From Amphiscolops sp. MND2022 (taxonomy: Eukaryota), in contig OZ076409.1 in NCBI GenBank assembly GCA_964187785.1, positions 46,192,001 through 46,256,000 on the forward strand: a DNA stretch of 64,000 nt, in the 5' to 3' direction. The notes under the pieces are model-generated. The model made no database searches. It saw nothing but the letters and a program-made list of their open reading frames with translations, and was not told where the DNA came from. The translations under genes and the position numbers were made by a program. Of this stretch, positions 12,001-23,168 are shown piece by piece. Numbering within the stretch: the stretch's first letter is position 1; each line of letters begins with the position of its first letter.

Positions 12001-13108
12001 AAAAGAAGACCTGGATAACAGAGAGGCAATGACTATGATGGCTGAACTGATGCTGGCAAAAAACAACTTTCAGGAAGCGCACAGGTATTATACAAAATTG
12101 GTAGAGCAATCTCCAAGCGACTTCACAGCCTTGCATCAAACCATTAGATGCTACCGCTTCATGGGTGATCTGAAGTCAGCAGACAAATTGTTCACTCAAG
12201 CTAAAGAGTTCTCATCAAAAGTCGAGATGGAACCGGGATTTTTCTTTTGCAAAGGCTACTACGAACTTCACCTGGGAAATGCAAATAATGCATTAAAAGA
12301 ATTCAACAAATGCCGCAAAGACAAAACTTGGGGACCCAAGGCACTGAAACACATGATCGAAATTTGTCTGAATCCTCATAATACTGTGATGGGTGCTGAC
12401 GCCTTGGATGAATTTTCGGGTTCAAATGATGAAATGAGTTCTTTGGACGAAACAGATTCAATATCTCTGAGGACTGCTGCCAAACTTCTAGTCGAACTCA
12501 AGTCGATGAAAGACACTTCTGATCATGCTATACTCGACGCATATCTGTCGTTAGCCACGAAGCACGGTGGCCATGTGAATGAAGCTATTGCCAAATTCAA
12601 CAATCTCGTAGCTGTAAAACCAGTGGCTGCGTATCTGGGCATTGCGACAGGATATCTATTGAAGAAAGACAAAGAAGCTGCACGAGGTACTTTGAAAAAG
12701 ATAGTGAGAGAAAGTACCTGGAGCATTGAAGATGCAGATGATTTCGAGAAAGCTTTCATTCTCTATGCCGACAGGGCGATGGCATCTGCTAAACCCGATG
12801 TGGCTATCGATGTTTTGCAACAGTGTTTGAAGTATAACCGGTCGTGTTTCAAGGCTTACGAATATCTGGGACTTATGCAAGAGAAGGATTCCAAGTTTCA
12901 AGAAGCTTCTGACAATTACGAGCTGGCTTGGAATTATTGTTACCAGAATGATCCAGCTATAGGTTACAAGCTAGCTTATAACTACTTGAAGGCGAAAAAG
13001 TACATAGAAGCGATTGACGTTTGCCATGCAGTTCTCGACAAAAATCCAAATTACCCGAAAATTAGGAAGGAGATATTGGAGAAAGCAAGAAATAATTTTC
13101 GTGCATGA
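9065..13108 (+). CDS. TTC21B: Tetratricopeptide repeat protein 21 / IFT139 (IFT-A subunit), intronless
   Basis: TPR-rich ORF of about 1347 aa with a characteristic N-terminus (YGRDPILVFFRAF) and C-terminus (PAIGYKLAYNYLKAKKYIEAIDVCHAVL..PNYPKIRKEILEKAR). First ATG at 9065. AATAAA at 13139-13144. Confidence 0.93.
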   Translation: MAATDFKTLSELIYFGRIQHYGHMKFIANNAIEKYGRDPILVFFRAFAHLLEFNLQEAIQDLELVKNDESVELCALMALIVAYKEQSHTDREAVAALDEKLKEKRKVAGDSALRFAGLFLALSSRPDKALQYADRMIKLDANSFDGFVLRGWLCLLESQVRPDRADELRKRAQKDFETADELPHDSGNELELSLGKSKLLELNGEYQKATQALLGIRQANFAPKLNELMRLELAMGKWDSAFQSASEIANDAKESTQLFALSMLVLYKIAYDGSYTEASNDMRKFFDVLHQKEAQNMSLYVFYCKLFSTLCGRNMLILRQTNSIMHSLITSFEKTSASLIEYANQMLMAAQSKEDVEAAMKVFIKAMEVDPDNSRAMLGFNHCKILLSKTKEFEKIFKELELLKETMIATASTQEEKSFVAEVMYVQALILQHKNKFEEVGLLLRKAFEYHQQSFTKVCLSPEYLYALNIDFRMQIVRCLVKCFSPEPLQAGKDPPMVMVFAKNVLDVISGTVPGLTEAKFYQAKIKYYTGDLDGACNILQDCIDRTKEADMSEADMLLANILVEMNQVSRAEQCLSTALSLNFAIRQTASYHIVKAKIQAKSNQMTECRKTLEAAINLPGVRKITSRQGSAGVGTGARETTTLVADSDRLSIFLDLSEALRAENNVHEAAKIMQDAINEFRGTSEESRVMIANANLDLSRGDTESALSNLKKIESDKPYYIQAREKMAEIYLNHRNDKRLYAQCYKDLVEKQPNARTKMLLGDAYMNILEIDKAVMTYQSAYQENQSDVQIIKKIAQASVKMHYYTQAIQYYRSAYKKDASIKHDLVALLIRLHQYDEALKLLDEAEPQEQTYDLTRLIDNSKCLIARSKICKSKKQIEQYETYLKKAQIQQREVLRRVKAEQPELNTEQIDFALHIVNELAELAIDKGNLEEAIELYERAAKFKDRGSDTKMKMKIIKLYMQTGNLEECETQCVNLIKEDLDNREAMTMMAELMLAKNNFQEAHRYYTKLVEQSPSDFTALHQTIRCYRFMGDLKSADKLFTQAKEFSSKVEMEPGFFFCKGYYELHLGNANNALKEFNKCRKDKTWGPKALKHMIEICLNPHNTVMGADALDEFSGSNDEMSSLDETDSISLRTAAKLLVELKSMKDTSDHAILDAYLSLATKHGGHVNEAIAKFNNLVAVKPVAAYLGIATGYLLKKDKEAARGTLKKIVRESTWSIEDADDFEKAFILYADRAMASAKPDVAIDVLQQCLKYNRSCFKAYEYLGLMQEKDSKFQEASDNYELAWNYCYQNDPAIGYKLAYNYLKAKKYIEAIDVCHAVLDKNPNYPKIRKEILEKARNNFRA

Positions 13109-13909
13109 GTCAATTCTGTCTCGCTTAGACTTTGTGTAAATAAATATATACAAATCACATGTAAATTACAGATGTACATTTTGTAACTAATGATGTAAAT
13201 GTGTGAGAAATATTTCCGGAAGCTTTTGTTTCTGTGCATTTAAAGTTGAACGGTTACTCGCCAAAAATCCCTCGATTCAATGTAAAATCTTTCCCTATTC
13301 GATTGTAAGAATTATTTCTTCGCAGTGTTGTAGTATGGCTCAATTCTACTATCTTGAAAATTCATTGTTCCTATCTAAAACCAGTATTGGCACTTTCCAG
13401 CAATTGAGAGGAGTTTTAGGTTTTGTGCTTGTCTAATTTTGGTTACAAAGGTAAAATTGCGTACAGGAATTCACAGTTAACTTTTCGGTCGCTAAATTCG
13501 TCATTGGGAAAGCCAAATGCAAATCTGAGAAACTTCATAATGAAAATGATTTGCTGTGTTGCCTTTGATTTGCAATATCTAATGACTGAAGCAATCGTTC
13601 GAAATTAACCCGTCAATTTCTAGTACGTTTCAACCGAAATTCTTTACAAAAAGCTAAGCACGACTGTTTTTATTTGCGCTTCTAGTTAGGTTAAATCGCC
13701 GGGTTGTTACAGTATTTTTAAGACAAACCCGACGAAAACCGATAGGGCGGCCAATGTGGAATGGCAATCCCGCTACCATCCAATTTTTGTTACATTTCCA
13801 CTCAAGTATGAAATCAAAAGGTACCCTTTACAATCCTTCAAAATGTTTTTCTTTCCAATTTGGGTTTTTGGATGTTTTCAATAATAGAATAACATTCTTC
13901 GAGCCTTAA

Positions 13910-14473
13910 CCCTCTTCTGCATGAATATTGAAAACCATCGAAAAAAAATTATTTGACCCTTTCAACTAGCAGGTGGTAGACCATTTTCTCATATGGTTAT
14001 GAAGTTTTTTCAGACTAGAAATCTCAATATAGATTTTCAGTATGTTTCCTAAATGTAACACTATACTGGTAAACGAAAACAGTGTGAATCACATTTATTT
14101 CATTTCGACCAAAATTTGCACTTTTCGCATCTGAAAACGAGAGTTTACAAATTATTTCGTATGAAAGTCCGTAAAACAGTTTTTGCTGGATGTCAAGCAG
14201 AGATAAGTATCATTTTTTCGTTTTTTTGTGTACACACTGCCGGTAGAATTAAGAAATATGCAACTTTGCACAATGTTACATTTAGGCTACATACACATAA
14301 ATGTCTACTCTGTTGATTTTTTGGATTTCGGAACCAATCAGATTGCAGCTTCACAGCTCGGAATTTATTCACATGTGATGATGACGCAATGTTTGTAAGA
14401 TGAATTGTTGTGTGCGTGGCTGAAAATAGATCCGCGGCTTTGTTACATTTAGGTAACAAAATGCAGAAGAGGG
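13910..14473. mobile_element. piggyBac-type MITE
   Basis: Perfect 13-bp TIR CCCTCTTCTGCAT / ATGCAGAAGAGGG, flanked by TTAA at 13906-13909 and 14474-14477. No transposase is present. Confidence 0.9.
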
Positions 14474-14779
14474 TTAAGGGTTGTCTTTGGAATTTTTTTG
14501 GCCTTGTGAGGTGCATGACAATTTTCCTAAGAACAATCCTGAGCATATCTACAGACTTTGCGTTTTTGAGCCTTAAGCGGGCGCCGACTTGACGTTCTCG
14601 TCTTGTTTTTCTTTGAATTGTACCTCCGCCGAGCTGTTCTTCATTCTTTTAGGCACAGTCCACGCGCACAGCAACTGGTGAGATGAAAAGCAAGTACAGT
14701 ATTGACTATCAGTTTTTGGCACTTAATTCTGTGATTATCAAGTTTTGATCCAATTCAGAGTGAGTGTTTGGTCTCCTAG

Positions 14780-15609
14780 TTTTCAGTCGGCGCTTATGCA
14801 GTGAAACGCGACTAATATAGTGACTTTTTTCTATCCACACGAACTGACCAAAATAGTTTTTGGAAGTTCTACAAAATATTATTGCACCAAATTGCACCAT
14901 TTGGCCTAGCCAACTGAACCAAAAAGGTTTTTCCTGTTTTTCCGCGTAACATACCATACCGGGCGAGACCAAAGGCTCCCCCTTTCAATTTTTTTCGGCA
15001 CTGCGAGACTTTTTTTTCGGAATTTTTTTCCCCAAAGGCCCCCCTTCATTTTTTTGCTGTTTTGCGTCAGAATGGATGTTGGAAAATCCCAAAGGGTCCC
15101 CCATTTCAGTTTTTTTCGGCACTGTGAGATTTTTTTCCGAAAATAAAAATTTTCTCCCCTTCAATTTTTTTTGATGTTTTGCGACAGAATGGATGTTGAA
15201 AAACCCCAAAGGGTCCCCCCTTTCAGTTTTTCGGCATTGTGAGACTTTTTTTTCTAAAAATTTTTTCTCTCCAAAGGGTCCCCCTTCATTTTTCTGATAT
15301 TTTACAACATATTGGGTGTTTAAAAATCCCAAAGGGTCACCCCTTTCAGTTTTTCGGCATTGTGAGACTTTCGAAAATTTGTTTTTTCTCCAAATGGTGC
15401 CCCCTTCAACTGCGACAAAAATGTTGACAATTTTGGAAATGTCCCCTTTTTAGCGCGCCAGGGGCTCGCGCTAGCGGGCCCCGGCGCGCCACTCGGTCCA
15501 TTTTTTTTTGCTTTTTCGATTTTCGAGTACTGTAAATTGACTCTTGGAAGTCCTTCTGCTATTTTTGAGCCTTGGATATGGCGCAGTCTTGGGCCGGTCC
15601 CGGCTTGTT
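14780..15609 (+). mobile_element. Helentron/DINE-1-like non-autonomous element, family 1
   Basis: The 5' end is a T-run plus AGTCGGCGC hairpin head. The interior has tandem aaagggtcccccctt/ttttcggcactg repeats. The 3' end is a degenerate subTIR, a GCCG-GTCC-CGGC hairpin and TTGTT. Confidence 0.7.
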
Positions 15610-15905
15610 GATATTTCAATTGAACTGCGATGTTTTTGGAACAGGCTGTTTGTTTTTCTATTCAGAGATATTGCGCTATTTCGCTTGTTCCTGGATTTTT
15701 TCCTGGAATCGAAATTATTTGTTTCTGATTTTTTTTTGATTTTTCAGAGTTTGAATCAGCCTAAGTTTTTTTTATTCAGTTCAAACTTATTCTTTTGATT
15801 TGACTTTTTTGGAATGACTTCGTATCATTAAAAAAACGTTTGATTCTATATTTCTCACGGAATTACATTCATCTTTCCAGGAGAACCTTAATATTTCAGA
15901 GTATA

Positions 15906-16919
15906 ATGCTACAGCGGCGCTTTGGTAGACTTTACGCTCACTCCTGCACGTGCAGATACATGAGCAACACAGCCCCTGTGGCTAATAAGAAGAACTTGCT
16001 GATGAGGCTGCGGAAAGAATCTGGTTTTCCTTTCACAAAATGCAAATCTGCACTGGAGGAGTCAGATTTCGACCTGAGCCGTGCTCACAGTTTGTTGCAA
16101 GAATGGGCTAAAGCTGACGGCAGTATGTTAGCCAATAAACTCGCAGCACGTTCTACCAAAGAGGGTCTTTTAGCTGTTCTCACTCACAAATCTCAGGCAC
16201 TCTTGTTGGAAGTCAACTGCGAAACAGATTTTGTGTCTCGCAACGAAGTTTTCCAAAACTTTGCTCTGAATTCTTTGTCATCCATTTTCTCATCAGGCTG
16301 TTATAAAAATGCCAAGGTTTGTGATGATAAACATGTGATAGACATTTCTGTGGGAGATATGACTGAGTTGACACATCTTAAAACTGAAGTTTTGCCTTTG
16401 TTGAAAGAGAACATAATGTTCGGGAGATGTATTAAACTTGAAAAGCACAATGGCGTTTCAATTTATGCAGCTGTGCACCCAAAAAGTACTGCTTCAGCAG
16501 TGCCTGAAGGACCCATTGCCCAATATGGCAAGTTTGTATCATTGGTTGCCCTCAAGCCCAAAGAAGCAGGGACTGAAGTGAGTCCAGCTTTAGCAAACCA
16601 GTTGGCGTATCACGTGATTGGGATGAGCCCACAAGTTTTGCACGTTTCGGAGCTCAAACCGAAAGAACCTGAACCGCCCGTAGCTGCACCTATTGAAACT
16701 GAAGATGTTGTTTCTGATAAAGATGATCAAGGTGCGACCGAAAATGCAGATGAGTTTGTGGAAGAAGAGATTCCCATGCCAGACGATTCACCTTTCAGTA
16801 ACATGTCCGAGGCGTTGTTAGAGCAAAGGTTTCTTTTTGATCCTTCAAAATCTATCGCAGAGATATGTGACCTCAATAACTTTGAGATAATCAGTTTTCA
16901 CAGGTTTGAATTGAAATAG
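15906..16919 (+). CDS. TSFM: Mitochondrial elongation factor Ts (intronless)
   Basis: Arg-rich presequence-like N-terminus, then LMRLRKESGFPFTKCKSAL, RSTKEGL, LLEVNCETDFVSRNE, LAYHVIGMSP and LLEQRFLFDP. First ATG at 15906. AATAAA at 16924-16929. Confidence 0.93.
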   Translation: MLQRRFGRLYAHSCTCRYMSNTAPVANKKNLLMRLRKESGFPFTKCKSALEESDFDLSRAHSLLQEWAKADGSMLANKLAARSTKEGLLAVLTHKSQALLLEVNCETDFVSRNEVFQNFALNSLSSIFSSGCYKNAKVCDDKHVIDISVGDMTELTHLKTEVLPLLKENIMFGRCIKLEKHNGVSIYAAVHPKSTASAVPEGPIAQYGKFVSLVALKPKEAGTEVSPALANQLAYHVIGMSPQVLHVSELKPKEPEPPVAAPIETEDVVSDKDDQGATENADEFVEEEIPMPDDSPFSNMSEALLEQRFLFDPSKSIAEICDLNNFEIISFHRFELK

Positions 16920-19900
16920 AAGAAATAAAGTTGTTTTAAGCACATTTTTTATTTGAATTGAGAATTCTATGCTAAAAATGTTAGTTTGAATAATCAGCGA
17001 CTCAAGTTTGTCTTTTTAAGTTGTTTCCTTGGCGACCCTCTCGTACTCTTGTCGTTTAAAGTTATCTGCGTGCCATCCATGCATATTTTATCCAGCGTTG
17101 TCCGCTCTACCAGAATCTGTGTTTTGTCTCTTTCAAATTGCGCCTTTATGGAGTGGTGTTCAATGAACGTTTGAGCAGTTTTTAAAGCCATGTTTCTAAT
17201 TACGGAGTTATATTTTCGCAGAATTCTGGCTAAATTGGAGGAACTACTGTTTTGATGAATTAATCCAAAAGTTCATATCTCACAAATTGAGCTACACATT
17301 GTGTTCAAGGGGTAATACGGACAAATAGTTAGAAATTTTTTCCATGCCTCAGTATCCTGAAACCGATTTTTATTTTTCAACTGAACACCCCTGCCTTCAT
17401 AGGCTCCAAACCGGGTCCACTGCATTGCATTTGGTGAAACTCGAATACTTTCTGGTTCAACTTGATTCCACATTTCTGACAGGGTAATAAGATCTTGGTT
17501 GAATTTGAGTTTGACCCTGATGGCATGCTGACCCCTCGTGAGTCAATCTAAATTCACACTTCTCGACCACAGTTGCTCAAGTCAAAGGTGGGTTTTCTTT
17601 TTGATGCGCAGCCATAAAAGTCTGGCTGGCATAATCCAATACAAAAGGTTTGTAGCAAATAAACGTCAGAGACAAAGCGGCTGTGATGAATAGATGTTTC
17701 AACCAGGTACTGCTTGATTTTTTTCCGTTGATTTAGCCGCAGATAGAAAAAAGCACGCTGTACACGGTCGGCAATGATGAAGTATTTGTGTTAAAAAGAT
17801 TTATACGAGGTTTGTGAATGCACCTGCTTTGTCTAATGACTACCTTCAAAATGTACTGCATTAATTTTCTCGATAGTCTTAAATTGGAAATCGTGCTTCT
17901 AATTCTTGCGCTCATTCTCCATTCTTGTGTCAAATTTGTCTTGTGAATTCCAGTTCGAATGGCGATATAAATTTCAGGTGTTATGACAGCATCAGGGTGG
18001 CCATTCGATGCTGATTAGGCTGCTCAAAGCGCGTGTTTCAAAGCTCAAAATTCACTACCTAATATTATGACCATTTTTAAAACTATCGTAAGAACCTTTG
18101 GATTTTGTAAGTTTTAAGGGAATCAACGTCACGAAGATTCAGTTCGAAAGCTTTTTATCAAGGGTGCTAGCCAATTACTTCTATCTACTCATGTGGAATT
18201 GTAAATAGATAGTAACGACATGGTTACTGTAGAAGCGTTCCGCAACTTCCCCGGGTATGAAATGTATATGCATCACAGAGTTTTGATATCGCTAATTTTT
18301 TTTTTCGCTTAACCGCTTATTTAAAAAGCGCTGTTTCGCTGGAAAACTTCTTCAAACTATTAAATGTTTGTATTCAAGTATGTTTGAAAATTCGATTATA
18401 GCTTTTATTCAATTTTTGCACGAAAAAGATTTTCTCATTGTGTGAATCTTACAAAAGTAAGGGTTGGAAGTTTTCGACATTCATTTCAAGACACCGTGTA
18501 TTTCCGAGGAGCATCATGTCTGAAGCATCATGTCCAATTCAATGCTCTCTATCATATATATAGATACACACGAAAAATAGCCATTTTCAGAAGGATTAAT
18601 TTTCACCTTTTTCTATTTTTATTTCTGTGGAAGAAGCTGTTTTCCAATGGTTCTAATTCCAAGCGTGAACTGAAATACTAGTAAACGTCGGACAGGTGCC
18701 TTTATTTTTTAAACAAAATACTGTTGTTTGTTATTACCTGACAGCAGCTGGTGAGGTAGATGTTGTTGACACCATGCGAGCAAGTATCGATTTTTGATCT
18801 ATTAATTATTGATTATTGACCCTAGCGAAAAAATGATGATTTCAAGACTCGAGGAAACGTTTATTTGACTGCTAGTTTTGTAAGTGTAACAGCACTTACT
18901 TGATATGGTTCTTTGAAAAACATTCAGAATAGTTGAATGATTGGAAAATGACAAAACATGACTGCTTCCACAAATAGAAATGACATTCTAAACACGTTCA
19001 GAAGTTTATGGAAATTCCTAAATTCAACGATGAGTGTATGTCGAGATGTTTGAAATTTTTGAAAAGAATTATTATCGAAGTTCACTCAAAATCAGTTAAA
19101 TTAACCTCAAAAATGACGAAATTTTGAATGTTTACCTATTTTGAACCACTTTTGAAGTTTTTGAATGTTTCCAATTATTAGAATATCACACAACGAAACA
19201 ATAAGCTATCCAAATCGAAAATCCAGATTTTTAAAATAAAACCGTCTCGACCGTTTCAAGCACTTTCTGCACAATTTTTGCATCGTGGAAACGAACATCT
19301 ATAGAGTTCAAAAACAAAAACATAACTTATTTAGGATAACTTTTATCTGAGAAATCCGATGTTCATCGTTTAAAAATGCGGAAAAAAAATGGATTTGATG
19401 GAATGATGGATTTTTTTCAAGTTCCAACCTTGAGTAAATTTTGCTCACCTGGATATTTTGGTGAGTATTGCTATACACAGACTTCAAAGACCAAAGAGAT
19501 TTTTACTTAGCAGTGTTTTTTGAGAGATCTGAGGTTTATTCCATGAAAAAGCCTTCGAAATCTCCAAAGAAGCGGATGATATTCGTCCAAATTCTGAATG
19601 TTCTTATTGGTCTTTTCACAGGCTTCAGATAAAATAATTACATACTTGGCACTTTTTAAGGATGGATATTCGAGGTTTATCATTAGCCTTAATTCCCGAA
19701 AACAGCAACAGTTGCCAACTTTGTATAGTACTTACATTTTTTGTGGGTTCGAACTTTCACAGTTCTTGCAGATTCACAAATTTGGCTGCTAAGCTTACTA
19801 TTTTATTCAATCAAACAAAATTGCGTGAATTGAACCAAATTAGTTAAAAAGATTCATTTTTAACTCCTTTGCACTGTTTAATTTTTGGGTGTTTTTGTGG

Positions 19901-21289
19901 GCATGATGAAAATTCACGAAAAGAGGCAGAGTTTGGTTACTTTAAAATACTGCATAGCTTTTTCCACAAGGAATGCCTCAACCTCAAAAAAACTTTTTGC
20001 TGTTGTACAATTTTTGGATGTTTGCGTGGTTATGAAGACAGAGGGTTTAAAAGAAAATCAATCAGCTTCATAGGCTGCCATTGCCACGCTTTTCAAACCT
20101 GTTTTTTTTCCAAAAGATGTAAAATTATCCAAAAAGTTTGAAACCTAAATTTGCTGGAATTCTGCTGTGGTGGTTACAGCATTAGGCCGCTCGGATTGAG
20201 TTTCGGATCTTCTTCATCTCACTAATGCTGAGTTCTGAGCAGTTTTTGCCCCTAGCCCAATAGTCTGGTCATGAGAAAAAAGACATTCGACGGAAAAAAC
20301 AAAGATGAGAAAAAAGCAACATCGTGCTGTCAGACCTTCGTGACCTGAAATCTGTTTCACGCCGACCATCTACAACTGGGCTATAAATATTGTATCGTAG
20401 ATTGCTATGGAGAGTATCCGAGAGAAGCATCGTTATTATTTCTGCGATAGCAGGAATATTGAAACCTCAAGCTGTCAACTTTTTTTCAGTGAAATTCTTC
20501 GCATGATACTGAGTAATTCAGATATTTTGTTCGGCAGTGACTATAAGCCTGAGAATTGAATTACTCAAGCTGCCGACGACAATTCAATTCTCGTGCGATG
20601 GAACGAGCGAGTTGTAATTATGCATTCGTACGCTGACGTCATTGAAATGAAGCGAGCGAATGTTCGTAATTATGCTTTCGTACGTCGAGTTATTGAGATG
20701 AAGCGAACGAGTGTTAATTATTCGTTCGCAGAGAGCTTCGCTTGCATTCAAATGCGAATGCGAAACTTCGTCTACGCTTAGTAGTTATATTTGCTTTAGT
20801 CCGAGATTTAAAAGCGGTATAAACTGGTACAGTGATTAATTCTGCACAAAATTGTGATTAAACAGGAGTGTATTGGTATTCCAGGTATGATTCTATTATT
20901 AATGAAAGATTAAAGCAGAAATAGTACTGAGCCCCGGAGGGGGCTATTTTGAGTAAATCAGTTATAAGGTCAGGTTTTGATGTGTAATTGAAATCAGTTT
21001 CGTTTTTGAATCATTCTTCCGCTTTTGTCAACCCATGGAAAATTCGAAATGTTTGCTAATGTCACAGTAGTTTCGAGGGGACTATTTTAAGAAATAGTCC
21101 TCGTGTGCCCGGAGGGGACTATTTTAAGAAAGCAGAAGTGCCTAATCGACCTCCACCCCGCAGTTTAGGGCAATTTGTTTTTTTTGATCTCAACTATCAA
21201 TTGTTTTGCAACTTTACATTTATGTGTTTTTGAGGGTATGAGTATTCAGCTTATTCAACGGCAAAGCAATTGAAAAGGGAACAATGGAG

Positions 21290-22590
21290 TTTTTAGTCGG
21301 CGCTTTTCTAGGGAAAAGTGCCCGACTCTTACAGTGGCTAGTTTTTAGTCGGCGCCTTTTCCCTTAAGGAAAAAAGCCCGACTATTACAGTGGGTAGTTT
21401 TTTTTCTTTTTCAGCCTACAATCTCACTCTGAATGGTCCTTTTTACAATTTGTTCATCTGTTCTGTTGTTCATCTTCGACTAAATTTCTGAAGCCGGAGA
21501 GCGGGGGTTCGATTCTCGCACTAAACCATAATATTTTTATGCTTCCAAAAGTACAGCAGGGGAGACCAAAGGGTCCCCCCTTTGGGTTTTTTTCGGCACT
21601 ATGCGACTTTTTTTTCGAAAATTTTCGGATTCTATCAAAGGGTAACCCCTTGCATTTTTTTGAAGTTTTCGGTTTGTAAAAACGTTCAATCAGCCTGAAT
21701 GGCCTCTTTTTGAGTTTTTCGGCATTGTGCGACTTTCTAAAAAAGTACTTTTTTTCGGAAAAAAAAATTTCAAAAAATTTTGAAAAAAAATAATTTTTCC
21801 AAATGTTGCCAATAGTTGTTCTTTGAATATTTTTGAGCCTTAGATATGGCGCCGACTTGAGACGATCCCGTCTTGTTTTTCTTCAGACTTACAATCCTCA
21901 CACTGATCGGTCCACTTTTTAGAAACAATCCTGAAACCACCTAAGGCGCCCAGTCCGGCAAAGGGGCCAAGGCAAACTTAGTGCAAAGGGTCCCCCCTTT
22001 CATTTTTTTACTTTTTCAAGGTAACCTACAAAACCGGACGGGACTAAAGAGTCCCCCCTTTCGATTTTTTTCCGGCACTGTGCGACTTCTTTTAGAAAAT
22101 TTTTTAATGTCCCCGAAGGGTCCCCCCTTTGAGTTTTTTGTTATTTTGCAACAGATTGCATGTTTAGAAATCAAAAAGGGTCCCCTCTTTTACATTTTTC
22201 GGCACTGTGCGACATTTTCCGAAAGCGACATTTTCCAAAAAAATGTTTGCGCTTTTTGAGCCTTAGATATGGCGCCGACTTTAGACGTTCTCGTCTTGTT
22301 TTTTCGTCAGACCACAGACCTCATCGCGTATGTACCACTTTTTAGACTTCACTCTCGCTCACATGTACTCGTCAGTACTCGGTTTACGGTGAACCCAGCG
22401 GTCACGGGTTCGAGTCCTTGCTTTAGCCAGAAACTTTTTCGAGCAATTTTTTTTCGGCACTGTGCGACTTTTTTTCGAAATTTTTTTTGTCGCCAAAGGG
22501 TCCCCCCTTCAAGTTTTTTGATATTTTGCAGCAAACTGAAGTTTCAAAAAGGTCCCCGCTTTTCGGCACTATGAGACTGTTTCAAAAATC
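21290..22590 (+). mobile_element. Nested cluster of family-1 Helentron-like elements
   Basis: Two hairpin heads (21290, 21342), two GGCGCCGACT+hairpin+CTTGTT tails (ending at 21877 and 22300), and a third body to about 22590. Confidence 0.7.
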
Positions 22591-22598
22591 TCATTTTC

Positions 22599-23168
22599 TT
22601 TTTAGGAGTCGGAAAAAATGTTTCGACTACTTATGCAATCGTGTCGTTTTTTTCTCCCGACATTTTCATGAAAATTTCAAGTTTCTCAAAAACTGTTTAC
22701 GATTTTCATGAAAATTTGCACAGTCATTCTACACCCAAAGAGGCCCCTGCGTGTGCAAAGGCATCAAAATCGTATGACTGGAATGAGAGAAACATCGCCA
22801 AAGTTAGCCCAAAAATGGCCAAAAACAGTCATTTTTCGATTTTCTCAAAAACTCCATACGATTCGAACGAAATTTTCTACAGTCATTCTTCACCAAATTA
22901 TGGTCCTTTATGTGCATTTCCATTAAATGCGTATGGCTGGGATGTGAGAAACATAGCGAAAATTAACCCAAAAATGGCTAAAAAACAGCCATTTTCCGAC
23001 TTTTTCGATTTTCTCCAAAAACTCCATACGATTCGAACGAAATTTTCTACAGTCATTCCACACCGTATTAAGGTGTGCAATTTCATCAAAATCGTATGAC
23101 TGGGATTTGACCGAGTCAGAAGGAAACAGACCTAAGCCGGCTCCTTTACCACATATGCGGCTATGGTT
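22599..23168 (+). mobile_element. Helentron/DINE-1-like element, family 2
   Basis: Head TTTTTAGGAGTCGG..CGACT, internal ~180-bp tandem units (acgaaattttctacagtcatt..cgtatgactggg), and tail CCGGCTCCT plus a short palindrome. Related pieces are at 23720-23865 and 24437-24800 and in the duplicated units. Confidence 0.6.

Noticed and set aside
10417..12901. Multiple minus-strand ORFs within TTC21B
   Set aside because: They are short antisense shadows of a long CDS, with no recognisable motifs.
14960..15420. Regularly spaced aaagggtcccccctt / ttttcggca motifs resembling a CRISPR array
   Set aside because: The intervening sequences are homologous to each other rather than unique spacers, the context is eukaryotic, and no cas genes are present. 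These are internal tandem repeats of a transposon.
15840..15905. TTG-initiated N-terminal extension of EF-Ts in the ORF track
   Set aside because: This is a eukaryotic gene. The first ATG at 15906 gives a plausible mitochondrial presequence and follows an acceptor-like site.
19600..20150. Possible decayed MULE transposase on the minus strand
   Set aside because: Only a vague KPSVFIT-like string was seen, with no catalytic motifs or TIRs to support it.
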